This document shows positions 54,977 to 64,000 of a stretch of DNA of 64,000 bases, one piece after another. The notes under the pieces are model-generated. The model saw only the letters and a program-made list of their open reading frames with translations. It made no database searches and had not been told where the DNA came from. A program made the position numbers and the translations under genes. The DNA lies in NCBI GenBank assembly GCA_026710945.1, contig JAPOQA010000021.1, forward strand, positions 20,070-84,069, given 5' to 3'. The stretch comes from Chloroflexota bacterium. Its GTDB lineage: Bacteria > Chloroflexota > UBA11872 > VXOZ01. The first letter of the stretch is position 1. The number at the start of each line of letters is the position of its first letter.

Positions 54977-56650
54977 ATGAAAAGAACCCTATTGCTCTTG
55001 GGAGCGGTGATTGCGGCCCTTGCTGGGGCATTGCTTGTCGGCATATTCGCGTTGTTTTCTTTTGCCGGCGTTACCCAGGAAACGATGTTCTTGGGAGCTG
55101 CTTCTCAACACGCCGAAGAATCCATGGCTCCTGCGGATAGCGAAGCAGCGGAACGGCAAGAAATGGCACCGGCGGCAGAGGCTGCGCCTCAAGTGGCAAG
55201 TAGCTCACAGAAGCTTGCAATGGCTGCCCCGGTTTCGGTCGCGAGTTTTGCCACCGATGCCAAGGTTATTCGCAATGGCGCCCTTACCCTCGTTGTGGGC
55301 AATCCCGCAACTGCCGTAAACGAAGTCGAGCGGATACTTGCAGGGATTCCGGGAGCGTTTATTGCCACTGCTGAAGTACGGCAGGCCGGGGACCTGCAGC
55401 CGACCTCGCTGACGTTGCGGGTGCCGGCTGAAGCCTTCGACCAGGCCATGGCTGCCTTGCGGGCACTTGCCCAGGAAGTTCTGGCCGAGCAAACCGCTGC
55501 CCGCGACGTTACTGAAGAATACACTGACCTCGATGCGCGTCTCCGCAACCTGCAGGCCGCTGAAACACAGCTCCTTACGCTGGTGGAACAGGCCGACACG
55601 GTAGACGACTTGCTGAAGGTTGAAAAACGTCTGGCGGAGGTGCGGGGAGAGATCGAGCTACTCCAGGGACGCTTCAATGTCCTCGAAAACCGCATAGCAC
55701 TTGCGACAATCATTGTATTGCTCCATGCGCCACCGGACACTTCCGTAACACTTGCCGCTCAAGATCTTCCCGCCGCCCACGCCATTACCACTTTTGCTCT
55801 GACTTATCGCAATGACGGAAGTGTCTCGGCACGTGACGGAATCTTGGTGCTGCGCGTACCGGAACTCCTAAGCATGATCGATGTAGGCCAGGGGGGCATT
55901 TACCTTCCGCTCGCCCGTGAGATCCGTTGGAATCTCTCCGACGTCGCAGCCGGCTCCGTGAATACAGTTTTTGCTCGCATGCGCGTGGAGTCTACAGAAA
56001 ACGACATACTGCTGCAGGCTCACATCCAATCGGCAAGCGCTGAGGCGAATAACGCAAACAATACAGCCAACTTAACACTGTCATTCGCACCGGACCTCAC
56101 GTTGCAGGTCGAAGGCCCGGCTGCTGGCGCCCAGGGGAGCGACCTACCCATCTGGATTTACTTTACGAATGCCGGTACCGGTGATGCCACCGATGTCACT
56201 GTTCGGACGACACTGCCGCCAGGTTTGACCTTCGTCCGAGCGGATTCTGGAGGCAGCTTCGATCGTGATACAGGCACTGTGGAGTGGAAGCTCGGACTCC
56301 TACAAGCAGGCGCCAGCAATGAGGTCCTCATGCACGCTCGGGTAGACGTCGCGGAGGGTCGCTTGCAGATTCCCATTTCCATCGCTGCCGAGCAAGTTGA
56401 TGCCGTTGCATTCAACAACCGGGCCGAAATGATCCTTACGGCGTTGCGAGAGGATGTCTCTACGCGATCCGTGTGGCAGCCCGGGCAGACCGTTGAATCA
56501 AGCATTGCCGCACTCATCGTCGTGGCTCAGGCTGCGGTCAACGTGTCGATTTGGGTGCTCGTATTCGGCATACCATTGGTAATCGTCGGTTTGCTTGGTC
56601 TCGGTATGTGGTCAGGCATTCGCCGCATGCGACGCAAGCGGGGAGGATAA
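54977..56650 (+). CDS. DUF4349-domain protein with DUF11-type repeats and a C-terminal TM anchor
   Basis: The DUF4349-like core reads IRNGALTLVV...LTLRVPAEAFDQAM...DVTEEYTDLDARLRNLQAAETQLLTL...L..VE..L..VRGEIE.LQG. Two beta-rich repeats follow (LTYRNDGSVSA..., IYFTNAGTGDATDVTV). The start is set at MKRTLLLL with GGAGG upstream. Confidence 0.7.
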   Translation: MKRTLLLLGAVIAALAGALLVGIFALFSFAGVTQETMFLGAASQHAEESMAPADSEAAERQEMAPAAEAAPQVASSSQKLAMAAPVSVASFATDAKVIRNGALTLVVGNPATAVNEVERILAGIPGAFIATAEVRQAGDLQPTSLTLRVPAEAFDQAMAALRALAQEVLAEQTAARDVTEEYTDLDARLRNLQAAETQLLTLVEQADTVDDLLKVEKRLAEVRGEIELLQGRFNVLENRIALATIIVLLHAPPDTSVTLAAQDLPAAHAITTFALTYRNDGSVSARDGILVLRVPELLSMIDVGQGGIYLPLAREIRWNLSDVAAGSVNTVFARMRVESTENDILLQAHIQSASAEANNANNTANLTLSFAPDLTLQVEGPAAGAQGSDLPIWIYFTNAGTGDATDVTVRTTLPPGLTFVRADSGGSFDRDTGTVEWKLGLLQAGASNEVLMHARVDVAEGRLQIPISIAAEQVDAVAFNNRAEMILTALREDVSTRSVWQPGQTVESSIAALIVVAQAAVNVSIWVLVFGIPLVIVGLLGLGMWSGIRRMRRKRGG

Positions 56651-57105
56651 GCTCAACGCTATGTTGGCGAGTCGAAGCCGCGAGCGACTTCCTCTTTGTG
56701 GCACAAGACATCGATCTTGCTGACATTTCGCGTCGTGGGACATTGCTTGAACTGAACCCCAAACTTACAGACCGAGGTTTCTGGTGCGCACTTGGAGGCA
56801 ATGCCAAACTCAGCCGGCGACACGGAACGTCGCCGTAGACTCAGTGCTCCTAGAGAGTATTAAGTAAGCGAAATTGCTTCCGGCGCCCACCAATCGAGAG
56901 TGGCGTTAGACGGCTGCGTTACATAAAGCTTCAAGCCCGCTGCCTAAGAGAAAGCGAGCAGTTCGCCGTGGACAATTCGGCACGTCAAAGTTCGATTGAT
57001 GGCGGGGCGTAAGCTGATGCAAGATTCGGGTCTGTACCACTGGCGGAACGCCGCGCCAGTGCAAGATTGCCGCGAGGTTTGTCAGTCTCAAGTGCTCTGC
57101 CATAA

Positions 57106-58674
57106 ATGAACTCGTCTGTCTCCACCGACGCGATCCTGGCTCGTGCCGCGGTGGTGTTGCTGCTCGGCAACGTGCTTAGCCGCATTCTTGGGTTGGTTCG
57201 CGAACAGATAGTTGCCTACCTTTTCGGTGCAAGTGCTGCCACTGATTCGTTTGTGGCGGCGTCCCAAGTGCCGACGATGGTCTACGACCTCTTACTTGGT
57301 GGCGCCGTTACCGCGGTCCTGGTCCCCGTATTTGCCGACTACGCGAAAAACAACCGCGAGCTGTCGGCTCTGTTCGGTGCCATGCTCGCATTGGCGGGCA
57401 TCGTTCTCGGTATTTCAGTCGTTGTGCTCGTCCTGCTGGCTGAGCCGCTCGTCCGCATATTGGTTCCTGGTTTTTCTCCTGAATCTCTCGAGCAGACGGT
57501 CAGTCTGACGCGGCTCGCATCTCCTGCCGTTGCCTTTCTTGGTCTGTCGGGTGTCGTCAATGCTGCGCTCTACGCTGGGCACAGACCCTACTATCCCGCC
57601 TTTTGTGCGGCGGTCTACAACCTTGGCATCATCCTTATGGCGTTGCTATTCGTTAGCCGCTTTGGGGTTGTGAGTCTTGTCATCGGCGTATTGGTGGGAT
57701 CTGCGGGGCAGTTGGTACTTCAGGCTCCTGGACTGTGGCGCATGGGGATTCGTCCGCGTGCCGTGCTCAGTCATCCGGGCGTACGCCAAATCCTGAGACT
57801 CTATGCGCCGGTATTTGCGGGGCTTATCATCACGCAACTCGCAATCCTGCTGGATCGTAACCTCGCATCGCGAACAGGAGAAGGCAGCATCGCCGCGATG
57901 AACTATGCGACCCGGCTGGTGCAGCTTCCCATTGGTTTGGTGGGCTCTGCGATTGCCCTTGCCGTGCTCCCATTGCTGGCCGCTGAGGGACGCAACCTCG
58001 ACACGGCGAACTTTCGACGCATCCTCAACCAAGGTGTGCGTCTCATCGTTCTGCTGATTTTGCCGGTCTTCGCCTTGATGCTGATCTGGCACCGGCCCAT
58101 CGTTGAGCTCGTCTATCAGCGCGGCGCGTTCGATGCCGCCGACGCCAGCGCTACGGGGCTGGCGCTCTTTCTCTATAGCCTACAACTCCCGCTCACCGGC
58201 TTGGACCAGCTTTTCATATTTGCCTTCTACGCCCGCCAGAACACGCGTACCCCTGTGTTGGTCGGCCTCTTGGGTATCGGATTCTATCTGGCGGTTGCCT
58301 TGCCCTTGCTGCAGCCGCTTGGTATGCCGGGGCTTGTGCTGGCGAACACGGTGCAGAATTCCGGCCATGCGCTTGTAATGCTGTGGCTGCTCAGCCGCAT
58401 GCTAGGGGGCGTGGGCGGTGAAGGCATTAGCCGTTTCATAGCTACCATTGGCGCTACTACACTTCTCATTGCACTTGTGGCCGGCGGCATGCTCTACGTG
58501 CAGCGGGTGTTGACTGAGGGTGGCGGTACCGTGGGCCTCTTGGCATTGGTCGTGGGCGGCGGTGGGGTGTTGCTCTTGGCATACCTGGGAGTGTTGCGCC
58601 TGCTCAAGCTGCCGGAACTCGCACTCTTGGCCGAGATGGTGCCCGCTCCGCTGCGCGCAGCCGTGCGTCGTTAG
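57106..58674 (+). CDS. murJ: Lipid II flippase MurJ (MviN family)
   Basis: 522 aa with 14 TM helices. The N-terminus ...SRILGLVREQIVAYLFGAS..TDSFVAASQVP and the overall MOP-superfamily pattern fit MurJ. Confidence 0.88.
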   Translation: MNSSVSTDAILARAAVVLLLGNVLSRILGLVREQIVAYLFGASAATDSFVAASQVPTMVYDLLLGGAVTAVLVPVFADYAKNNRELSALFGAMLALAGIVLGISVVVLVLLAEPLVRILVPGFSPESLEQTVSLTRLASPAVAFLGLSGVVNAALYAGHRPYYPAFCAAVYNLGIILMALLFVSRFGVVSLVIGVLVGSAGQLVLQAPGLWRMGIRPRAVLSHPGVRQILRLYAPVFAGLIITQLAILLDRNLASRTGEGSIAAMNYATRLVQLPIGLVGSAIALAVLPLLAAEGRNLDTANFRRILNQGVRLIVLLILPVFALMLIWHRPIVELVYQRGAFDAADASATGLALFLYSLQLPLTGLDQLFIFAFYARQNTRTPVLVGLLGIGFYLAVALPLLQPLGMPGLVLANTVQNSGHALVMLWLLSRMLGGVGGEGISRFIATIGATTLLIALVAGGMLYVQRVLTEGGGTVGLLALVVGGGGVLLLAYLGVLRLLKLPELALLAEMVPAPLRAAVRR

Positions 58675-58676
58675 AA

Positions 58677-58872
58677 CTGATCTCATAGATGCCTGGCCCT
58701 GTGCAAATGTGCCCTTCGACAGGCTCAGAGCCCGCCACGTACTTGATACGGGGGCGAACGGGAAGGACAACTATCCGTTCGTGTTGAGTGCTGCGCGAAG
58801 CCCTTGCCTGTCCTGAGCTTGACGAAGGATTAAAGCACGAAACGGCATGCCGAATCCATTTATGGGATAGCC
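58677..58872. repeat. MITE-like palindromic element, copy 3 (longer, mosaic)
   Basis: Termini CTGATCTCATAGATG ... CATTTATGGGATAGCC. The interior has GCCCTTCGACAGGCTCAG, GCGAACGG...CCGTTCGTG and an inverted copy of the CAAGGGCTTCGCGCAGCACTCA module seen in copy 2. It begins 3 nt after the murJ stop. Confidence 0.6.
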
Positions 58873-59143
58873 TCTCGTCAAAGTCTCTCGATTCGGCGCG
58901 GCTATGTTTGAGAAACTGGCGGTGAGTCTGTTAGTCAAGGGAGCCACGACCACACGCGCATGTCTGGCATTGCAGGGTTGCAATGGGAGTGCGGTCATTT
59001 GGCTTGCAAGTGTGGCATCATAGGTTTGAACGCTCTCCTCTGCGGACTTTACAATGTCGCCGGATATGCCGGGCCTGACCGTGATTTCTCTAAGAGGGGA
59101 TGCTTGCTTTCGAATTGAGTAGAAAATGAGTGCGGTATAGACG

Positions 59144-61981
59144 ATGGAAATCGAACCGAGACAGACTGTTTTGCGACGGGTGCCAATCGAGCAACTCCGC
59201 GAGGACGTAAATTTCCTTGGCAGTGTGCTTGGCAAGGTGCTGCGTGAGCAGCATGGTCAGTCGCTGCTGGACTTGGTGGAGGACATACGCCTCAGCGCGA
59301 TTTGGCAGCGGACTACAACGGCGACGGTCTCGCTGCAGCCGCTTGCAGAATCCGTAGCAGGTCTGCGGCAGAACGAGATGTTCGCGGTGGCCCGGGCATT
59401 CTCGCTCTACTTCTATCTCATTAATGCGGCGGAAGAGCAGCACCGCCTGCGCCGCATGCGTGAGAATGAGCGAGCCAGCTATCCCAAGCCGCGGTATGAG
59501 TCGATTGCGGCCGCTATGGCGAACCTAAAGGGTGAGGGCGTCACATCGGAGGAACTTGCGCCAATTCTGGCGCTACTCTCCATACGGCCGGTCTTCACGC
59601 GGCATCCCACGGAAGTGCGGCGTCGGACCCTGTTGGTGTTCCTTGAAATGTTGCGGGCGTGTTTGGCCGAACGTGAAGGCAAGCGCCAGGATGTCTCGAT
59701 AGATCGACGCACCGACGAGAAGATTCATGAGATCGTGACGATCCTGGCGCAAACCGACATTACACCCTGGGAGCGTCCGACGGTCTTGGGAGAGGTTGAT
59801 GACGGGCTCTACTACTTTGATCACGTGCTGCTCGACGTGATTCCGAGAATCTATCACGAACTCGATGACGCACTACAGCAATTCGCGGATGACTACACGT
59901 TTACGATGCCGCGATTCCTGACCTTTGGCTCGTGGATGGGCGGCGATCGGGATGGCAATCCCTTTGTAACGCCGGCCGTTACCGAAGAGACCCTGCGAAT
60001 GCATCGATCGCTAATACTCGACCGCTATTCTCGAGACCTCGACGAGTTGTGGCGCTTGCTCAGTCCCTCGGTACACTACGCAACTGTTTCACGGGAGTTG
60101 CTGGATTCGATTGCGCGAGACCGCGCTTCTCTACCGGGCGCTGGCGTTGGTCGCAAGACAGACATCATGGAACCCTATCGGACGAAGATTGTGATGATGC
60201 AGAAGCGCCTGGAACGCACCAGAAGGCGCTATGCCGGTGGCGGCGCTGCCGCTTCAGGGGCCTACCAGGAACCCAACGCCATGCTTGACGACCTCCTGCT
60301 CATTCGAGACAGTTTGGAAGAGAACGGTGGCGCCCGCATAGCCCGCGGTCTCCTGCGGGACGTGATTCGACGGGTGCAGGTGTTTGGCTTCCACCTGGTG
60401 GATCTCGACGTGCGCGAGCACAGCGGGGTACATGCAGCCGCGCTGGACGAATTCCTTGCCGCCGCCGGCGTCACATCGGCTTACAGTGACCTCGAAGAAG
60501 CGGACAAGGTAGCGTTGCTCACACGCCTGCTTGCGGATCCGGCCAACATAGGCTTCCAAGACCTCTCTGTCGCTTCCACTGCCAGCGCGGCCTTTCAGAC
60601 CTTTGTCAGCATCTCCCGTATGCAGAGTGAAGTGGGGATGGCAGCCTGCAATACCTACGTCATAAGCTTTACTGAAGCCGTGAGTGACGTGCTCGAGGTG
60701 GCGTTACTGGCCAAAGAGGCGGGACTCTGGCACGTGGATGCCCAGGGTCAGGTAAGCGAGAGTCGCCTCAAAATCGTGCCCTTGCTCGAGACCATTGGGG
60801 ACTTGCGCGGCGGTTATGATCTCATCCATGCGCTGCTCTCGATCCCGGTCTTCCGGTCCCACGTGGGGTGCTGGGACGACCGTTTCGAAGTGATGCTGGG
60901 ATATTCTGACAGCAACAAGGACGGCGGTTTTCTGACGGCTACCTGGGAACTCTACTGTGCGCAGCGGCAAGTGGTTGCCGCGTGCCGCGCGCATCACGTG
61001 ATCGTGCAGCTCTTCCACGGACGTGGCGGGGCGCTCGGCCGGGGCGGTGGTCCGACAAACCGCGCAATCATGGCGCAGCCACCCGACTCTCTGGCCGGCG
61101 GCATGAAATTGACGGAGCAAGGAGAGGTTATCTTCTCGCGCTACGGGAGGCAGGCCGTGGCGCATCGCAATCTGGAACAGGTCATTCACGCCATGCTCCT
61201 GGCAAGGCTAAGCCCGAGTGTATTAAAGTCGCGCGCCTCCCTGGAGCCGGACTGGGAGCGCACCATGGCGACGCTATCGCAAACCGCATTTCGCGCGTAT
61301 AGAGCGCTTATCTATGAGACACCTGAACTGCGCACATATTACCAGCAGGCGACGCCGATCGAGCACATCAGCCGCATGAACGTGGGTTCGCGGCCGTCGT
61401 CTCGCAAAGGCGGCGACCGCGTGGAAGACTTGCGGGCGATACCGTGGGTCTTCGCGTGGACACAGAGTCGACATAATCTGCCCGGTTGGTACGGTGTGGG
61501 CAGTGCCTTGCATTCATTCATAGAGGCGCAAGAGAGCAATCTGGAGCGCTTGCGTGCGATGTATACGAGCTGGGTGTTCTTCCGTTCGCTTGTAGACAAT
61601 GCCCAATTGAGCATCGGCACCGCCGACATGTCGGTTGCCAAGCTCTACGCGGGGCTTGTGGTTGATGAAACGGTGCGTGACAAGGTCTATTCCGCTATCG
61701 CGGAGGAATATGAGCGGACGCGGCAGGCGCTTCTGCAGATTACGGACCAAGAGCAGATCATGGAGTCATCTCCGGTCCTCCAACGGTCAATCCTGCTGCG
61801 CAATCCCTATGTTGATCCGCTCCACTGCTTGCAGGTGCGCATGATGAAGGAGTGGCGCACGAGTTTCGCTGCTGAGGTAGCTACGCCGCTGGATGAACTA
61901 TCGGCAGAGGCGCGCCGATTGCTTGAAGGCATATTTCAGACCATCAACGGCATCGCGGCCGGAGTGCAATCGTCGGGTTGA
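59144..61981 (+). CDS. ppc: Phosphoenolpyruvate carboxylase
   Basis: VFTRHPTE, VMLGYSDSNKDGG and FHGRGGALGRGGGP signatures, and a C-terminal ...TINGIAAG.QSSG ending typical of PEPC. Confidence 0.93.
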   Translation: MEIEPRQTVLRRVPIEQLREDVNFLGSVLGKVLREQHGQSLLDLVEDIRLSAIWQRTTTATVSLQPLAESVAGLRQNEMFAVARAFSLYFYLINAAEEQHRLRRMRENERASYPKPRYESIAAAMANLKGEGVTSEELAPILALLSIRPVFTRHPTEVRRRTLLVFLEMLRACLAEREGKRQDVSIDRRTDEKIHEIVTILAQTDITPWERPTVLGEVDDGLYYFDHVLLDVIPRIYHELDDALQQFADDYTFTMPRFLTFGSWMGGDRDGNPFVTPAVTEETLRMHRSLILDRYSRDLDELWRLLSPSVHYATVSRELLDSIARDRASLPGAGVGRKTDIMEPYRTKIVMMQKRLERTRRRYAGGGAAASGAYQEPNAMLDDLLLIRDSLEENGGARIARGLLRDVIRRVQVFGFHLVDLDVREHSGVHAAALDEFLAAAGVTSAYSDLEEADKVALLTRLLADPANIGFQDLSVASTASAAFQTFVSISRMQSEVGMAACNTYVISFTEAVSDVLEVALLAKEAGLWHVDAQGQVSESRLKIVPLLETIGDLRGGYDLIHALLSIPVFRSHVGCWDDRFEVMLGYSDSNKDGGFLTATWELYCAQRQVVAACRAHHVIVQLFHGRGGALGRGGGPTNRAIMAQPPDSLAGGMKLTEQGEVIFSRYGRQAVAHRNLEQVIHAMLLARLSPSVLKSRASLEPDWERTMATLSQTAFRAYRALIYETPELRTYYQQATPIEHISRMNVGSRPSSRKGGDRVEDLRAIPWVFAWTQSRHNLPGWYGVGSALHSFIEAQESNLERLRAMYTSWVFFRSLVDNAQLSIGTADMSVAKLYAGLVVDETVRDKVYSAIAEEYERTRQALLQITDQEQIMESSPVLQRSILLRNPYVDPLHCLQVRMMKEWRTSFAAEVATPLDELSAEARRLLEGIFQTINGIAAGVQSSG

Positions 61982-62285
61982 GGCCGTGTCCGGGCAGCAA
62001 GCGCCGGAGCCGTGAGGTTAGTTGCCTTGGGCAATTGATGGTGACATTTCACCTGGAGTGGGCGGCCCTGCAAAATCGGAAGCGGCTCGTTCTCGACGGG
62101 ACTGTTGCTGGCACTCTCCGGCACAATAGATATAACGTAATTGCCTGCCAACAGATTGCGGAGTGCCCACGCAGAACGTAGCATGGGTTTGGGGGCAGCA
62201 GGCACGCGTAATGCAGATGCACAATTGTAGTGGCCGGACGTAGGCAGTCGCGTAGAATTAGAATGGGAGGCTTTGACAGGTGGCA

Positions 62286-63176
62286 ATGAGAACGACGGTA
62301 CTACCGGATTCATTGACGTCGAATGGCAACGCCTTCGACCTCTCCAACGAGACCTTTGGCGAATTGCGGGATGCCAACAGCTTGCTCGGGGATATGAACG
62401 CCATCCATGAGCGGCTTGTCGAGGACGGCTACTTGCTCTTCCGAAACTATCTCGACAAGGAAAAGGTGCTGGCGGCGCGCCGTGAGCTGATCGCAAAGCT
62501 CGACGAAATCGGCCTGATCGATCGCAGTAAGCCCTCTATGGACGCCGTCTTTTCGGGCGATACCAGCGGCATTAGCGCCTCGGACCGCAAGGCATTTGCC
62601 CGCGAGCTCCGCTCCGGCCCCGCGCTGAAGGAGATTTGCTTCTCCGGCAGGATCATGAGCTTCTTCGAGGCATTCTTCGGTGACGAAGTGCTCCACCTCA
62701 ATTACATTTGGGTGCGGAACAGACGACGCGGAGCTGCTACGCCCTGTCACTTCGACTGGGTGTATATGGGTCGCGGTACGCGCAACGTCATGACGGCTTG
62801 GATTCCCCAGGGAGCAGTACCCTTGTGTGACGGACCTCTGGCGATTCTGCACGGGTCCCACAAGTGGCAGGAATTACAGCAGACCTACGGCGCGATAGAC
62901 GTAGACAAGGATAAGGATAAGAATCCGTACGGCGGCGGCTCGCTGACGAAAGACCCAAGTCAGCCGCAGCAACGCTATGGCGGGCGCTGGCTTACTACAG
63001 AATTCGAGCCGGGCGACCTGCTCATGTTCGGTATGTTCACGTTACACTGCTCACTGGACAACGAAAGCCCCGAAAACCGCATACGCCTCTCCACTGATAC
63101 GCGCTACCAGCTTGCCAGCGAACCGGCGGACGAACGCTGGATCGGGGACGATCCGTTCGGCCACGGCATGATGTAG
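62286..63176 (+). CDS. Phytanoyl-CoA dioxygenase (PhyH)-family Fe(II)/2-oxoglutarate oxygenase
   Basis: HFDW (HxD iron ligands), a distal His in FTLHCS, and an Arg in NRIRLSTDTRY. This is the PhyH/ectoine-hydroxylase-like pattern. Confidence 0.7.
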   Translation: MRTTVLPDSLTSNGNAFDLSNETFGELRDANSLLGDMNAIHERLVEDGYLLFRNYLDKEKVLAARRELIAKLDEIGLIDRSKPSMDAVFSGDTSGISASDRKAFARELRSGPALKEICFSGRIMSFFEAFFGDEVLHLNYIWVRNRRRGAATPCHFDWVYMGRGTRNVMTAWIPQGAVPLCDGPLAILHGSHKWQELQQTYGAIDVDKDKDKNPYGGGSLTKDPSQPQQRYGGRWLTTEFEPGDLLMFGMFTLHCSLDNESPENRIRLSTDTRYQLASEPADERWIGDDPFGHGMM

Positions 63177-63613
63177 ACCCTGGCTTTTGGATTGCCGGCC
63201 TGCAGTAACCCGGGTGCTAGCGGTATTGGTTAGGGCATTGGTGTACTTGAATCCACGTAGTGGCCGCAGCAGGAGCAGCGACGATTCCCGGGTTCGCTCG
63301 TGAGTCTTACTCAAGCCTTGCATCGGTGTCGAAGCTAGTTTCCGGCTGGGCTTGGCTGACGACGCATGTCAGCCGGCAAGGCCCTGCGGCTCTTGGGCCA
63401 AAGTGGCGCCTCTGCTGTGTTGTTCTGCTTTTCACCCCGTCAGATGACTTGATGAAGTGATCGTTTAGTCGGTGCGTGCCGCCGGATTGCGGTGGCTGTG
63501 CGCAAAATGTAGTATTGATCTAGCTGCGGCATACGCCAATTCACGCTTTCGGCCAGGAGCGGCTCCGCAGTTTAGTGGCAGCGACGCACAGCGGGAGGGT
63601 TGGCAAGGTGGCG

Positions 63614-64000
63614 ATGAAGACGACGGTCCTACCGGATACCTTAACGTCCAATGGTAATGCCTTCGACCTCTCGAATGAGACGTTTGGGGAGTTACGAGAC
63701 TCTAAGAGTCTGTTAGGCGACATTGCCGCCCTCCACGAGCGGTTCGCTGAGGACGGCTATCTGCTCCTGCGCGGTTATTTGGACAAGGAGAAGGTGCTGG
63801 CGGCGCGCCGAGAGCTGATCGGCAAGCTCGATGAGATTGGCTTAATTGATCGTTCCGAGCCCATCATGGAATCCATCTTCTCAGGTGATACCAGCGGCAT
63901 CAGCGCGACGGATCGTCAGGAGTTCGCACGAAACTTGCGTACTGGCCCGGCGCTCAGTGAGGTCTGCTTCTCCGGTCGGGTCATGGAGTTCTTCGAGCAG
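63614..64000 (+). CDS. PhyH-family dioxygenase, tandem paralogue (5' part; continues past the window end)
   Basis: It reads MKTTVLPDTLTSNGNAFDLSNETFGELRDSKSLLGD...DKEKVLAARRELIGKLDEIGLIDRSEP..., collinear with the first ~129 aa of the preceding gene. The frame is still open at 64000. Confidence 0.7.
   Translation, partial: MKTTVLPDTLTSNGNAFDLSNETFGELRDSKSLLGDIAALHERFAEDGYLLLRGYLDKEKVLAARRELIGKLDEIGLIDRSEPIMESIFSGDTSGISATDRQEFARNLRTGPALSEVCFSGRVMEFFEQ

Noticed and set aside
56812-56836. Hairpin CGGCGAC-ACGGAAC-GTCGCCG, 160 bp downstream of the DUF4349 gene, as a possible terminator.
   Set aside because: It has a short 7-bp stem with no following U-tract and is distant from the stop codon. 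This is not enough support to annotate it.
1-64000. Search by eye for tRNA, rRNA, tmRNA, RNase P RNA, transposase, integrase, phage and toxin-antitoxin genes, and for defence-system hallmarks (nucleases, helicases, TIR/SIR2, reverse transcriptase, Cas).
   Set aside because: I recognised none in any frame or intergenic region. A visual scan is weak for structured RNAs, so tRNAscan-SE, Infernal and DefenseFinder-type searches should be run to confirm.

Overview
GC-rich (roughly 60% by eye) bacterial chromosomal segment with about 50 protein-coding genes, most on the minus strand. Gene content is mainly housekeeping and metabolic: acs, sod, glpX, clpC, pepA, dgt, efp, pepP, tatA, ctp, murJ and ppc. 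I recognised no rRNA, tRNA, CRISPR array, transposase, integrase or phage gene. The dispersed palindromic intergenic repeats and the gene content suggest a Chloroflexota-like organism, but that is inference only. Notable points: (1) a tightly coupled six-gene MoxR AAA+ / DUF58 / multi-VWA operon, opened by a Gln/Glu-rich membrane protein and closed by a degenerate receiver-like protein; (2) a BCCP (accB) homologue coupled to efp that has no biotinylatable lysine and no accC partner; (3) two ceramidase-like paralogues flanking a bacterial GPP34/GOLPH3-family gene; (4) tandem polytopic membrane paralogues with a BON-like C-terminal module beside an ABC-2 exporter; (5) a divergent ClpC preceded by a stand-alone Clp_N paralogue; (6) an in-frame array of about ten 27-bp units inside a purple-acid-phosphatase-like gene, apparently seeded by a dispersed hairpin repeat; (7) several families of MITE-like or REP-like palindromic repeats in nearly every long intergenic gap, two copies of which contribute the stop codons of murJ and pepA. 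I found no convincing defence island or other wholly new multi-gene system. All functional calls come from motifs read by eye in the supplied translations. Start codons are best guesses from RBS and overlap context. No database search was possible.
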